A stretch of DNA of 39,704 bases from Nemertoderma westbladi (GCA_032718475.1 JAUCBJ010004949.1:1-39704); one strand, 5' to 3'. Shown: positions 1 to 10,450, numbered from the stretch's first letter. A program made the numbers and translations. The notes: generated by a model from the sequence alone, not told the origin.

Positions 1-69
1 AGAGATTATTGCCATACATCCTGATTGACGACCGTGTATCACGTTACTGCAAGTTGACACATAAATTAC

Positions 70-125
70 GGGTAAATCTTTTCGACCTACGCGTAGGCCT
101 ACGCGTAGGTCGAAAAGATTTACCC
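70..125. mobile_element. 56-bp perfect palindromic micro-element, copy 1 (Mutator/MULE-like termini, 9-bp TSD)
   Basis: GGGTAAATCTTTTCGACCTACGCGTAGG|CCTACGCGTAGGTCGAAAAGATTTACCC is a perfect palindrome flanked by the direct repeat ATAAATTAC (61-69 and 126-134). An identical copy lies at 2317-2372. Confidence 0.8.
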
Positions 126-228
126 ATAAATTACATTAATATCTATGGGACTACACCTACCTACATTCACCCTACACGTGCATCTACATGTAGGCTACAC
201 ATACCTACATGAAGCCTCTATGTAGGCT

Positions 229-935
229 ATAGAGGTGAACACTAGACAATACTACGGTATTTTGATTAGTGGTGAATATAATTAATGCTACAGTATTTTG
301 AATAGAGGTGAACACTAGACAATACTACGGTATTTTGATTAGTGGTGAATATAATTAATGCTACAGTATTTTGAATAGAGGTGAACACTAGACAATACTA
401 CGGTATTTTGATTAGTGGTGAATATAATTAATGCTACAGTATTTTGAATAGAGGTGAACACTAGACAATACTACGGTATTTTGATTAGTGGTGAATATAA
501 TTAATGCTACAGTATTTTGAATAGAGGTGAACACTAGACAATACTACGGTATTTTGATTAGTGGTGAATATAATTAATGCTACAGTATTTTGAATAGAGG
601 TGAACACTAGACAATACTACGGTATTTTGATTAGTGGTGAATATAATTAATGCTATAGTATTTTGAATAGAGGTGAACACTAGACAATACTACGGTATTT
701 TGATTAGTGGTGAATATAATTAATGCTACAGTACTTTGAATAGAGGTGAACATTAAATAATACTACGTCGTGGTTGTCTAACATCATATAATTATGTATT
801 TTGATTAGACAGAGGTGAATATGATTACCACAGTATTTTGCTTAGAGATGAATATAAGTAATACTACAGTATTTTGCTTAGAGGTGAACATGATTAATAC
901 TGTACTACAGTATATTGAATAGTGATCAATACTAC
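229..935. repeat. 73-bp tandem repeat (~7 near-perfect copies to ~770, then degenerate half-units)
   Basis: AGAGGTGAACACTAGACAATACTACGGTATTTTGATT+AGTGGTGAATATAATTAATGCTACAGTATTTTGAAT recurs at 231, 304, 377, 450, 523, 596, 669 and partially at 742. The unit is a dimer of related 37- and 36-bp halves. Confidence 0.95.
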
Positions 936-1629
936 GGCGATTAATACCAAATACCAGGATATTTCAACCGTATGTTATTATTTCGTCCAATTAATTTGCA
1001 TATTACTGTATTATGACACTGTATATATTTTCATGTTTTATTTTATCCATATGTAATTTTAAACGATTTTAAATTTAAGCTGCATAAATCATTTTAAGAG
1101 GGGACCTGCATGGAAACGAGTTCTATGAACTCATGCAGTTATCCCCGTCAGAACATTTTATTAGATAATCTTTAACATATAAATGTATATTATGTATATG
1201 TTCTTATGTATATGTATTTCTGTGTATTTCATGCGTTTCTGACAATAAACAACTTCAACTTCAACTTCATACCTCTACGCAAAAGATATACCCGTTCACC
1301 GTTAGTATAGCACTATTTTGCTGTATTGTATGTACAGATGTAGGTATAACAGTATAAAGCAGGTATTTCTGTATTTTAGTACCGGTACCGGCACTGGTAC
1401 TGCTATAGGCCTACTGTGTAGCCTACCATTTAAATACGGTAATGGTAGGCCTACCGGTTGTGCTAATAAATTTTAAATAATTGATAGGCGAAACTGGATT
1501 GCAGGATTGTGGAAAATGTGGATATACCTTTCACATAATTTAGGCCTTACTGTATTAGTTTTATAATCAATAATGGATCATGACTACTGTCTGAGTAGTG
1601 TCTGAGTAGTGATTAGTTAAATGATCAAA

Positions 1630-2105
1630 TATTGTTTTGGTTAGAAAATCCCGTCTCTGTAACCTGCTTCTTTCCCTGATTTGGTAAAGTGACTGTTTAT
1701 TGTTTTGGTTAGAAAATCCCGCCTCTGTAACCTGCTCCTTTCCCTCAATTAGTTTAAGTGATCGTTTATTGTTTTGGTTAGGAAATCCCGCCTCTGTAAC
1801 CTGCTCCTTTCCCTCAATTGGTAATGTTATCGTTTATTGTTTTGGTTAGAAAATCCCGCCTCTGTAACCTGCTCCTTTCTCTCAATTGGTAATGTTATCG
1901 TTTATTGTTTTGGTTAGAAAATCCCGTCTCTGTAACCTGCTCCTTTCCCTCAATTAGTTAAATGATCGTTTATTGTTTTGGTTAGAAAATCCCGTCTCTG
2001 TAACCTGCTCCTTTCCCTGATTTGGTAAAGTGACTGTTTATTGTTTTGGTTAGAAAACTCGGCCTTAACCTGCTCCTTTCCATCAATTGGTAATTGTTTT
2101 TGGCT
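1630..2105. repeat. 68-bp tandem repeat (~7 copies)
   Basis: TTGTTTTGGTTAG...CTGTAACCTGCTCCTTTCCC units start at 1632, 1700, 1769, 1837, 1905, 1973 and 2041. Diverged solo copies occur near 5290-5370 and 7052-7100. Confidence 0.93.
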
Positions 2106-2316
2106 ATAAAATGAGTGTTTTGCTACGTCATGTGGTAATCGATTATCGACAACAACCACAAACTATTAAATATAGAGTCTTTTTACCACAGGCGCATATG
2201 GAAATCTATCTCATAGTCTATAAATCATGGAATCATGGAATGTTTTGGCACAGGCATAGTGAAATCAACTGTCTGACAGTCCATAAATCAGCAGTCTGAC
2301 AGTTTGAAGAAATACA

Positions 2317-2372
2317 GGGTAAATCTTTTCGACCTACGCGTAGGCCTACGCGTAGGTCGAAAAGATTTACCC
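2317..2372. mobile_element. 56-bp perfect palindromic micro-element, copy 2 (8-bp TSD)
   Basis: Identical to 70-125 and flanked by the direct repeat GAAATACA (2309-2316 and 2373-2380). Confidence 0.8.
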
Positions 2373-2799
2373 GAAATACATACATAAAAATTGACAATAA
2401 AAGTCATTAAATGGACAACAAAAGTCATTATGCATAATTCGTAAAAAAAAAGTGACAAAAAAAGTCAAATAAATTGACATAAAAAATCACTGCCTTAAAA
2501 ATACTACTGTAGTAGGCCGGCCTACAGCAGTACACAGGACCCCTGTCAGGTGTGGGTTGACTGCCGACACACAGCTTAACCCTGCACCCTGTGAGAGAAG
2601 ATCTGCATGAAAATGGTTAATGACGGCTGATCGGGGATTGGCACATTCTGAAATTCGATTGTAATACCGGTAAATGTAATACAGTAATACTGTAATAGCC
2701 TACAGTAACCTCTGACAGTCTGAACCTGGTAGAGTGCGAGTGGTAGGCCCTAATATTTGTTCGGTTCTCGGTCCGGCCCTACCCTGGTGCCTGACCCTA

Positions 2800-4710
2800 A
2801 TGATTAATATGAGCGGTGGTACTGGTGGATTAAGTGATCAAGCTCTAGCCTATTATTTCAATAAGGAGGAGTTTAATGACGCCCCAATCCACATACTCAA
2901 TACTCCACCTTGTAAACGCAGACGGGATGGGTCGTGGGCAGCTCTGCCGACCCCATTCCTACCCTCAAATGTCTCATACACCCGCACTCGAAGCGGCGCT
3001 GTATATAAACTCCCTACTCCAATTAAACGTAGACGAATCAATAGAACAACAAGTCCTCCCTCTGTCTGGTTGCAATTGCCTCCTGAGATGCTCGTAAAGA
3101 TATTCTCCTTCCTGAGTCTAGAGACTTTGGTCGAGTCTGTGGCACCGGTGTGTCGTCGTTGGCGGTCCGCCGCTAGAGAGACATCGGTAATGCGACACAT
3201 GGTTATCGACTCAGCCAGGGCCCGATTAATTCCGAGCGTTACACTCGCGAGGCTAGCGAGCGATTCAATAAGTCTCGAGGTCTGTTTGTTCTCGCGGGAT
3301 CCCACGGTCGAGAAAACGACCTTCACGAACAAGATAGTCCCGCGCTCCTACGACTGGAAATTATTGGAGGAGGGCTGTCCGCGTGTGGTGAAACTCGTCG
3401 TACACACCAAGGATTCCTCATTCAGTCGCCACGACTACGAAGCGCTGCTGCGATGGAAACATCTGCAACATCTCGAGATCCGAGGGACGGACGAGCGAGA
3501 CAACGACTGCCGTCTGGGTCCGATACGACTATCCCCGGCCTCTCCCGATATCGGCCTAGAGGTTTTCTCCCTGCGACTCACACGGCTTCCCTGGATGACG
3601 GACTCCGATCTCGCACTCCTGGTGGAGCTGCACGGTGCGACTCTGCGATACCTGCAACTCTTCGGATTGTTCCCGGCGGCTCCTCACATGCTGTCCGTAG
3701 CCTCAGTCCACCTCCTGATACGATGTCCGCTCCTCGTATGGCTGGACTTGCCAACCTGCCTGCTCTACGACCACTGTTGGCGCTCCGGGGAGTGGATCTG
3801 GCCCTGGATGGACTACAACAATGAAAACTTCGACGTTACCAAACTCCGCGGGGTTGACAAACTCCGTCATCTCGGGATCTGGAACAATGTCGACCGATCC
3901 CACGCATTCGGTACCGGGGGAGATCTCCCGGTGCAACGGGACTCCTTCCCCGTCCTCAACCACCTCCATATCAACGACTTCAGCTCGCTCAGCGACCGCA
4001 CGGTGAGCGAGATAGTGGCGAGCTGCGGCCGCTACCTCAAGGAGCTCCGAGTCAGCCCAACGGTTCACTCAATCAACAAACACCTCACCGACGCCTCCCT
4101 ACTCTGCATCGCCGATTACTGCACGCAACTCCTAGAACTTACTTTCGTCAACAGTAAATTACTTACCGGCGTCGGTCTCTGCACAATGCCCCTTAAGGTC
4201 CCCCATCTGGCGTACCTAGACCTACGGGGCTGCCACAACATAGAGGACAGAGGTCTCATACATCTACGGGGTTTACGGAAACTCAAAGTACTTAAGTTCG
4301 CAGCCTTTAGGATCTATAGGAAAGGAACTCTTTGTTCGTTGTTTAGCGGTGAAGGACTGCGGCAGCTGGAGGTTCTAGAGATAGCCGGGGGTTACCAGGT
4401 AACCAACAAGGTGATACAGGCTATCGGTGATTGTTGCGGTGCCACACTGCGGGATTTACATCTCAGTAGTCTGAAGTTCTTTTCCGATAAAGGCGTGGTT
4501 ATATTGACGGACTCGTGTAAGCAGCTAGAGTCCCTGTTTCTCTGCCGATGCCATTCTATAAAACAAGGGGCTAATCTATTGAAACTTCCTGATTTGTTGC
4601 CAAAACTTACGAAGTTGACACTAAGACATATAAAATCGTTGGAGAACCATTGGGACTCATTAGTTACTAAGTGCGAAGCGCAGAGACCTCCATTAATTCT
4701 TAAATCATAA
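2800..4710 (+). CDS. F-box/leucine-rich-repeat protein (FBXL family SCF substrate receptor), single exon
   Basis: F-box motif WLQLPPEMLVKIFSFLSLETLVESVAPVCRRWR; cysteine-containing LRRs (e.g. LTDASLLCIADYCTQLLEL, LAYLDLRGCHNIEDRGL, VTNKVIQAIGDCCGATLRDLHL); basic NLS-like KRRR twice. The ORF track start at 2734 is a GTG; the first in-frame ATGs are at 2800 and 2809. Confidence 0.9.
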   Translation: MINMSGGTGGLSDQALAYYFNKEEFNDAPIHILNTPPCKRRRDGSWAALPTPFLPSNVSYTRTRSGAVYKLPTPIKRRRINRTTSPPSVWLQLPPEMLVKIFSFLSLETLVESVAPVCRRWRSAARETSVMRHMVIDSARARLIPSVTLARLASDSISLEVCLFSRDPTVEKTTFTNKIVPRSYDWKLLEEGCPRVVKLVVHTKDSSFSRHDYEALLRWKHLQHLEIRGTDERDNDCRLGPIRLSPASPDIGLEVFSLRLTRLPWMTDSDLALLVELHGATLRYLQLFGLFPAAPHMLSVASVHLLIRCPLLVWLDLPTCLLYDHCWRSGEWIWPWMDYNNENFDVTKLRGVDKLRHLGIWNNVDRSHAFGTGGDLPVQRDSFPVLNHLHINDFSSLSDRTVSEIVASCGRYLKELRVSPTVHSINKHLTDASLLCIADYCTQLLELTFVNSKLLTGVGLCTMPLKVPHLAYLDLRGCHNIEDRGLIHLRGLRKLKVLKFAAFRIYRKGTLCSLFSGEGLRQLEVLEIAGGYQVTNKVIQAIGDCCGATLRDLHLSSLKFFSDKGVVILTDSCKQLESLFLCRCHSIKQGANLLKLPDLLPKLTKLTLRHIKSLENHWDSLVTKCEAQRPPLILKS

Positions 4711-5182
4711 CGTTTGTATATAATATTGATTGTTTCGCTTATAATTTAATAATTTATTCCTTTCCGTGCTGTGCGTTATATTTATTACGGTAACTACCTA
4801 ACTAAGTATATTCAGACAAAACAGTAGTTAGTCATATGTATTATATATTATGTATGATATAATTTCTTGACGAATTCTGGTATTTAATACGACAATATAC
4901 AATGGGGTTTATTAAAAATGTGTTAACTTTTTACATCGCACTGGTCCCATAGTACTTTAAACAGCGTAACCTACGTCTAATTATTTAAAAATGTAACATA
5001 TTTTTCCAAACAAATCCCCGAACAGCCATACACCGGTCTATGCTTGTGCAATATAAAGATTAGCACCTCATCAGTAAAATCCTTCAAACACTAAATCTGA
5101 TTCGTCTATGCTATTACTTTTTGGATGGTTTTGTTTCTTAGTTGGTTGGCATTGGAGATGTATCCCTCCATCATCGCAGATA

Positions 5183-5218
5183 GGGGGGAGGGGGGGAGGG
5201 GGGGGGGGGGGGGGGGGG
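5183..5218 (+). repeat. poly-G tract (G-quadruplex potential)
   Basis: About 36 nt of almost pure G. Confidence 0.85.
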
Positions 5219-5629
5219 CTGGACGCAATAAAAATTCATCCTTCTCCAGGGGAAATTCGACGCAAATAACAGCTGATTCCTCTCAAAAATAAAACTGTAA
5301 CCTGTTCTATTGTGTTTAGTTTATTGTTTTGGTTAAAATAACGTGCCACTGTAACCTGCTCATTTCCCTAAATTGAGAATTTAACATTGAGGCGGGATAT
5401 TAATTCGATATTAATATTAATTCGTCTAATTATAATTAATGCATTGGAATCTAGATTTTTGACCCGGTGTGCATAATTTTCTTCGGGGTGATTTTTTCCT
5501 GTTACACCGGTACAGCTAATTGATGGTTCATCTATGTGTCGGAGTGCACGGAGTGGGTACACTGCTTTGGCAATGTAGTGTTTGGTGGCGCAGGTTCAAT
5601 TCCGAGTAAAGCCCAAAGGCTGTAAATTC

Positions 5630-5811
5630 ACACTTTATTACGCGTAAAATATCTATTTACATCATTGTGTGAAAAGTAGCGTTACGGCCAGTGTGTATTT
5701 ATGTACCGAGCGAGCGCAGCGATTGATGATTACAGAAATATACGAGGGTCATAAACTCTTATTAGTGCCATTTTCACACATCATGATTTACTTAATATTC
5801 ATTAATAGTGT
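5630..5811. mobile_element. Degenerate fold-back (palindromic) non-autonomous element
   Basis: Imperfect inverted arms ACACTTTATTA/TAATAGTGT and CATCATTGTGTGAAAA/TTTTCACACATCATG around a central CGAGCGAGCGCAGCGA core. Confidence 0.35.
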
Positions 5812-6910
5812 CAACTTATCGTCGTTCTGAGAACGCTTAATTATTAATTATTATTTAAAATAATTTAAATGCATTTCTTCACTAAATAAATCTATCTAAT
5901 TAGAACAATTCCATCAAAATATATTTTTGACCGACTTCCAATAAATTGTATACATTGCAGTAGGCCTGTGTTGAACTTATCCATATGACATTGGCTAAGG
6001 GGACACTATACCGAAAAATAACTCTCAACCGAATTTAATTCCAAATATGAATCAATCAGTGAAATCAATCAATTGGGGGCCTTTCCCAGGCAAAGGACAT
6101 CCCAGGGGCTTAACACTCCTCTTAGGAGTGTTTTATTTAACATCTCACAAAACCTCATAGGGGCTTAAAACCGGACTAAAACAATAACATTGCTAAATGC
6201 GCGCAGTTTAAACGCGGCAACTTTTAGAGCAACTGGTTAGTTTGATGTAAAATATTGGTTAAATTAAAAAGAAACGAAAGGTTAAATTAAAAAGTAAGGT
6301 TAAAAAGAAACTGGGCTATTTTTATATTATTGCACCTCCCAATTGTGTAACATTTCAAATTCCCATAAACCAATTTTACATTATCATAATCGTTAATTAT
6401 AAACAAAACAGTCAAACTGCACAATTTACAGTCAAATGTCCAGAAGAAAAACGGCCGTAATGGAGATGAACCGACAAGGAAACGGCGCAAGTGTATTCAA
6501 TTTTGTGTTTTATAAGAAATACTTTTAGGCATGGAGGCGACCCAATTTGTAAGAAATATTAAAAGTTACCTTATGCCGATAGTATTGATACTAAAATATT
6601 AATTTACTACAGTATGTCAACGCATCAACGAAATTATTTAATTATTCTAAAGAATCACGATAAAACACTCAGCCAATCATTTTGCGAGATAAACAATAAG
6701 CAAGCTATATTATTAGTCTGGCTACTTACACTGCTGACTGTCTTATAGATGTAATTACCCTTTGCTCGAGTAGTGGTGAGGTGGGACTGGTTCCCAGGTA
6801 GGCAATAGCAAGCACAAGCACGCCATGAAGTGAGGGAGCTGGAAGTAAAGTATGTAAAGTAAAGTAAGTGAAGTACAGTATAGGGTGGATGAGAGACGAG
6901 GTACGCAGCA

Positions 6911-7045
6911 AACTTCGCCCGCGAGAGAGCTCCGCCCGCGGCCCATCTTCGCCAGGAGCGATCTTCGACCTCAAAATAAGCAACTATCGCCCGACGGAGA
7001 ACTTCGCCCGCAGGCAATCTTCGCCCGCGAGCAATCTTCGCCCAA
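6911..7045. repeat. Cluster of CTTCGCCC(GCG) motifs, probably transposon subterminal repeats
   Basis: About 8 spaced copies of (A/T)CTTCGCCC-like motifs within ~130 bp. Confidence 0.5.
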
Positions 7046-7962
7046 TAAACAATTATTGTTTTGGTTATACAAAGTCGTCTCTGTAACCTGCTCCTCTCCA
7101 GATCTTATACGAGAAAATAATTAATTTCATATAAAGGGCAGGCAGAAAATGCTGTTTTTACTGTAATCAACTTAATTAACTAAAATTAACTAATTAACTG
7201 CTTTTATCTTAGCTACTCGAAGGCCACACGCAAATTCAGTTTGGAAAATTTCTTAACTTTTGCCAAACAATATGTGTACCAAAGTTTGGTTAGATCACAT
7301 TGTGGATTGTCCGAGTTATTAACGTTTAAAATTGGACACGACAGAACAACAGACACACCGATTGAGTTAGTGGTACCCGTATGCTAAGCTCGCTTATTTT
7401 CGTGGCTCGCCCCACAACCATGCAATTCTTCACAAAAAAACCGATTTTATCTAAATCATTTAATTATATTATCAAGCATTAATGCACCCTGTAAATTCAT
7501 AGAAGTTGCTGTATACTTTCACTTTTACGGCAACGTTTTTTTTTACAGCAACGAGCAACTTTGTAACGTGTAAACCGGCCTTTAGCCTAGTACAAGTAAA
7601 ATGGCTATCATCATTGGAGGATACTCAATATGTGTTCTAGTAGTTTATTGTTACTAAGTTAGTGATTACTTTGTGCGTTCCTTACTATAAAATGCAACGC
7701 AAATGCAAATTAATGATATTATGAATAATATTGGAGTAAAAGTTACGCCGGCTCGGCGCCCCATATGATGAATGTTTTAAAGGAACCGTAACATTTGGGA
7801 GCTTGCGACTGTGTCGGTAGTCACTGTCGCTACAGTCACTACTGTAGCTGTCAGAGTAACTAACACAGCAGTCCAGTGCGGGAGCGGTAGCGGTAGCCTT
7901 AATACAGTAATCATACTGTAGTTTATTTTATTGCTGTATTAATTCGTCGGTAGATAATAAAG

Positions 7963-9657
7963 ATGAGGCGGTGGATAAGTTTAACTGTTGCTATATACTT
8001 CCTACCACCATTATTTCTGGGTGTTAGTTGCTCGCAGTCTACTGAGACTCCGTCGGATGTTTTTACCGAGGAGCTGACATTGAAGCCCCTACCGGGAGGA
8101 TTCCTCCTCGCTCATTTCCAGTTCCAGACTCAACGGCTAGAGGGCGCGGAATACTATGATCTGTTCCCGCGATCCATCGGTGACGTCATTAAAAAATACA
8201 ACGTCGAGGAGTTCCATCTAAGTTTAACCAATGGTTACTGGCGCCATTCAGTCTGGGGCTACGCGCCAAGGCCCGCACCTGTGGGCGCTGAGCTGTGGGC
8301 GTGGTTCGCCCCACAAACGCTCCCAGACGTAACAACAGCATGGGCGGGATTCGTCAACACCCTCGCGGGGGTGTTCTGCGCTTCGTTAAACGCGATAAAA
8401 CCGGCCAACTCGATCTCCCCTCAACTTGCCTTCTCCCCCGAAGGCGCGAGTTCGAACGCGGGTCACGGCGGCAACCGCTCGTTGCTACGATACGCCTCAC
8501 TACCCCGGGAGAACGTCTGCACGGAGAATCTAACCCCGTGGAAGAAACTCCTTCCGTGTTCCTCGGGTTTGGTGCAGCTGTTAGACGGTACCGCGTTGTA
8601 CAGCCAGTCGCACCACAGTCTGGGGGTCGAGGTGCGTCGTGTCTGTCCCTCGGGGGAACCCAGCTGCACCCGACCGAGGCTACAACTCACCCAGACTGTA
8701 ACCCTGGTGATGGACGTATCGCGACCCCGCGGCCCGATAAACTGGAGTTTCTCCGACATATTCCGTGGCACGGTTCGCTCGCTGTGCTCGTTGTCCTCTC
8801 GTTCCAGCGTTTATTTCGACATCACCGACAATAAAACCGAGTTCACGCTGCACCCCAAACCGCGGGTGATGACGGAGGCTGGCGGTCGTAGGTTCGCCAC
8901 CTACGATATTCTGCGAATCCTAGCCGAACGGAAGTCCGGTAAACCGTTCACCTTGAACTTTATATCGAAGGAGCGATTCGCGTTCAGTTCGGGAACGCCA
9001 TCGGAACCTGTGATAACGTCGCATCGCTATCTAACCGGAGTCGGGGAGGAGGGCGGAGGAGTGACGTCATTAATAACCAATAACATGGAGGACGAAGTGG
9101 AGGTCGTCTACCTGGAAGTGTTGCCCTGGGCGACCAGGGTCTACCTCCACACATTCCGACTGGATTCCAGCTCCCCGGCCCGCGTCCAATGGCAGTACTA
9201 CTCTCCCGGCCGAGACCGTTCCTCCCCTTACCATCTGGAGACAGCGTTCCTCATCCCAGCGCGTTCCTCACTCAGGGTTTCCTACCGGATAGAACGGGTT
9301 CATCTCAAATGGACGGAACACGTTCCCGACCCCCACCACGGTATCTACATGGGCTCAGGCGTTCTCATACTCACTAACTCGCCCTCCACTTGTACCAACT
9401 CGTCGCATGGCTCGCCCCTGCGACTTTACAACGAGGCCCTACTCGTGACTCTAATGACTCCTGACTTCTCTATGCCCTACAACGTTATCTGCTTGAGCTC
9501 CACTGTTGTCGCCATCGCCTTTGGTTCTCTACATAATCTTATGACTCGAGTTTTCGCTCCCGCCCCCGCCAAGAACACTCCGATCTGGAAGGCGATTGGC
9601 TCCCGTGTTCTCCAGTCCATCAAACACATATTTACAAAGAAGGTCAAACAATCTTAG
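7963..9657 (+). CDS. PIGT: GPI transamidase component PIG-T (Gpi16 family), single exon
   Basis: N-terminal signal peptide; conserved motifs FPRS, GAELWAWF, FCASLN, LPRENVCTENLTPWKKLLPC, LKWTE.PD..HG and TPDFSMPYNVICL, followed by a TM helix; C-terminal KxKxx ER-retrieval signal (KVKQS). Confidence 0.96.
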   Translation: MRRWISLTVAIYFLPPLFLGVSCSQSTETPSDVFTEELTLKPLPGGFLLAHFQFQTQRLEGAEYYDLFPRSIGDVIKKYNVEEFHLSLTNGYWRHSVWGYAPRPAPVGAELWAWFAPQTLPDVTTAWAGFVNTLAGVFCASLNAIKPANSISPQLAFSPEGASSNAGHGGNRSLLRYASLPRENVCTENLTPWKKLLPCSSGLVQLLDGTALYSQSHHSLGVEVRRVCPSGEPSCTRPRLQLTQTVTLVMDVSRPRGPINWSFSDIFRGTVRSLCSLSSRSSVYFDITDNKTEFTLHPKPRVMTEAGGRRFATYDILRILAERKSGKPFTLNFISKERFAFSSGTPSEPVITSHRYLTGVGEEGGGVTSLITNNMEDEVEVVYLEVLPWATRVYLHTFRLDSSSPARVQWQYYSPGRDRSSPYHLETAFLIPARSSLRVSYRIERVHLKWTEHVPDPHHGIYMGSGVLILTNSPSTCTNSSHGSPLRLYNEALLVTLMTPDFSMPYNVICLSSTVVAIAFGSLHNLMTRVFAPAPAKNTPIWKAIGSRVLQSIKHIFTKKVKQS

Positions 9658-9869
9658 CAATTAGCCGCCAATTGAATATATGAATATTATATTTTTGTTT
9701 CTCATTCTTAGGATAATAGACTTAAAGTGCTCTCCACTCAATCATTCAATGTTTCATTCTGTACAAAAGCTAAATGAATGAAAATAATGAACGTAATTTA
9801 GGCTGGACTTTTTCTAACTTTATTACACCATCCCCCTGGATACAGTGTGGTAATACAAGAACACGGACA

Positions 9870-9896
9870 CCCCCCCCCCCCCCCCCCCCCCCCCCC
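9870..9896 (+). repeat. poly-C tract
   Basis: About 27 consecutive C downstream of the PIG-T stop codon. Confidence 0.85.
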
Positions 9897-10227
9897 AATT
9901 TTTCTACAAATTGCGTGAAATTTGAAACAGAGTTAGTTTCATTTCCCTCCTCCTTAGTGGATGAGCCAGAATTGTTAATTTTGCTTTCGTTTCTCCCGGC
10001 CGGTTGGTTATATTTCACCAGTTACGCACCGTAGCTATTCTTAAACCTTTGGTTTGCTGGAACGCGGAAGGATGACGTTTAGGGATTCGAAATGTATTAA
10101 AATCGGAATTTCATTGAGGAATTGCTGAGATCGAAATTCCCAATGTCGAATGTTCCGGAATTAAATAAATATAATATACCGTACGTTTATGTAGCTTCGT
10201 TACCCATTGTTCATTTGTTTCTATAGC

Positions 10228-10261
10228 CAAGGCCATCTAAATAATTACTTAGATGGCCTTG
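10228..10261. repeat. 34-bp near-perfect palindrome
   Basis: CAAGGCCATCTAA-ATAATTAC-TTAGATGGCCTTG, one substitution away from a perfect palindrome. Confidence 0.8.
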
Positions 10262-10450
10262 TTTCTAGACCAACAATTTTTTCGCGCACCAACCCAACCC
10301 TATTGTGAAACATTTATTTTTTGCTATGCAAACTTTACTTCAGTTTAGATTTTAATCTCTCATGTCCGTCTATGTAGTACCGGTACTGACTAAATTAGTA
10401 AATGTCAGTTTGACTGATATATTTTTTAGACTCTACTGAACAATACAAGT

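Noticed and set aside
70-2372. One composite 2.3-kb transposon bounded by the two palindromes
   Set aside because: Each palindrome has its own distinct TSD, and the outer flanks (ATAAATTAC vs GAAATACA) do not match.
2734-2799. N-terminal extension of FBXL from the ORF-track start
   Set aside because: The start at 2734 is a GTG; eukaryotic initiation at ATG 2800 or 2809 is more plausible.
5535-5615. tRNA gene (B-box GGTTCAATTCC)
   Set aside because: No convincing cloverleaf; at most a decayed SINE head.
6196-7585. Harbinger-like MITE ending in GTGTAAACCGGCCTTTA
   Set aside because: The right end is plausible, but the left end is too degenerate to pair with confidence.
2853-9377. Overlapping or antisense ORFs within FBXL and PIG-T
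   Set aside because: Shadow ORFs of GC-rich coding sequence with no recognisable motifs.
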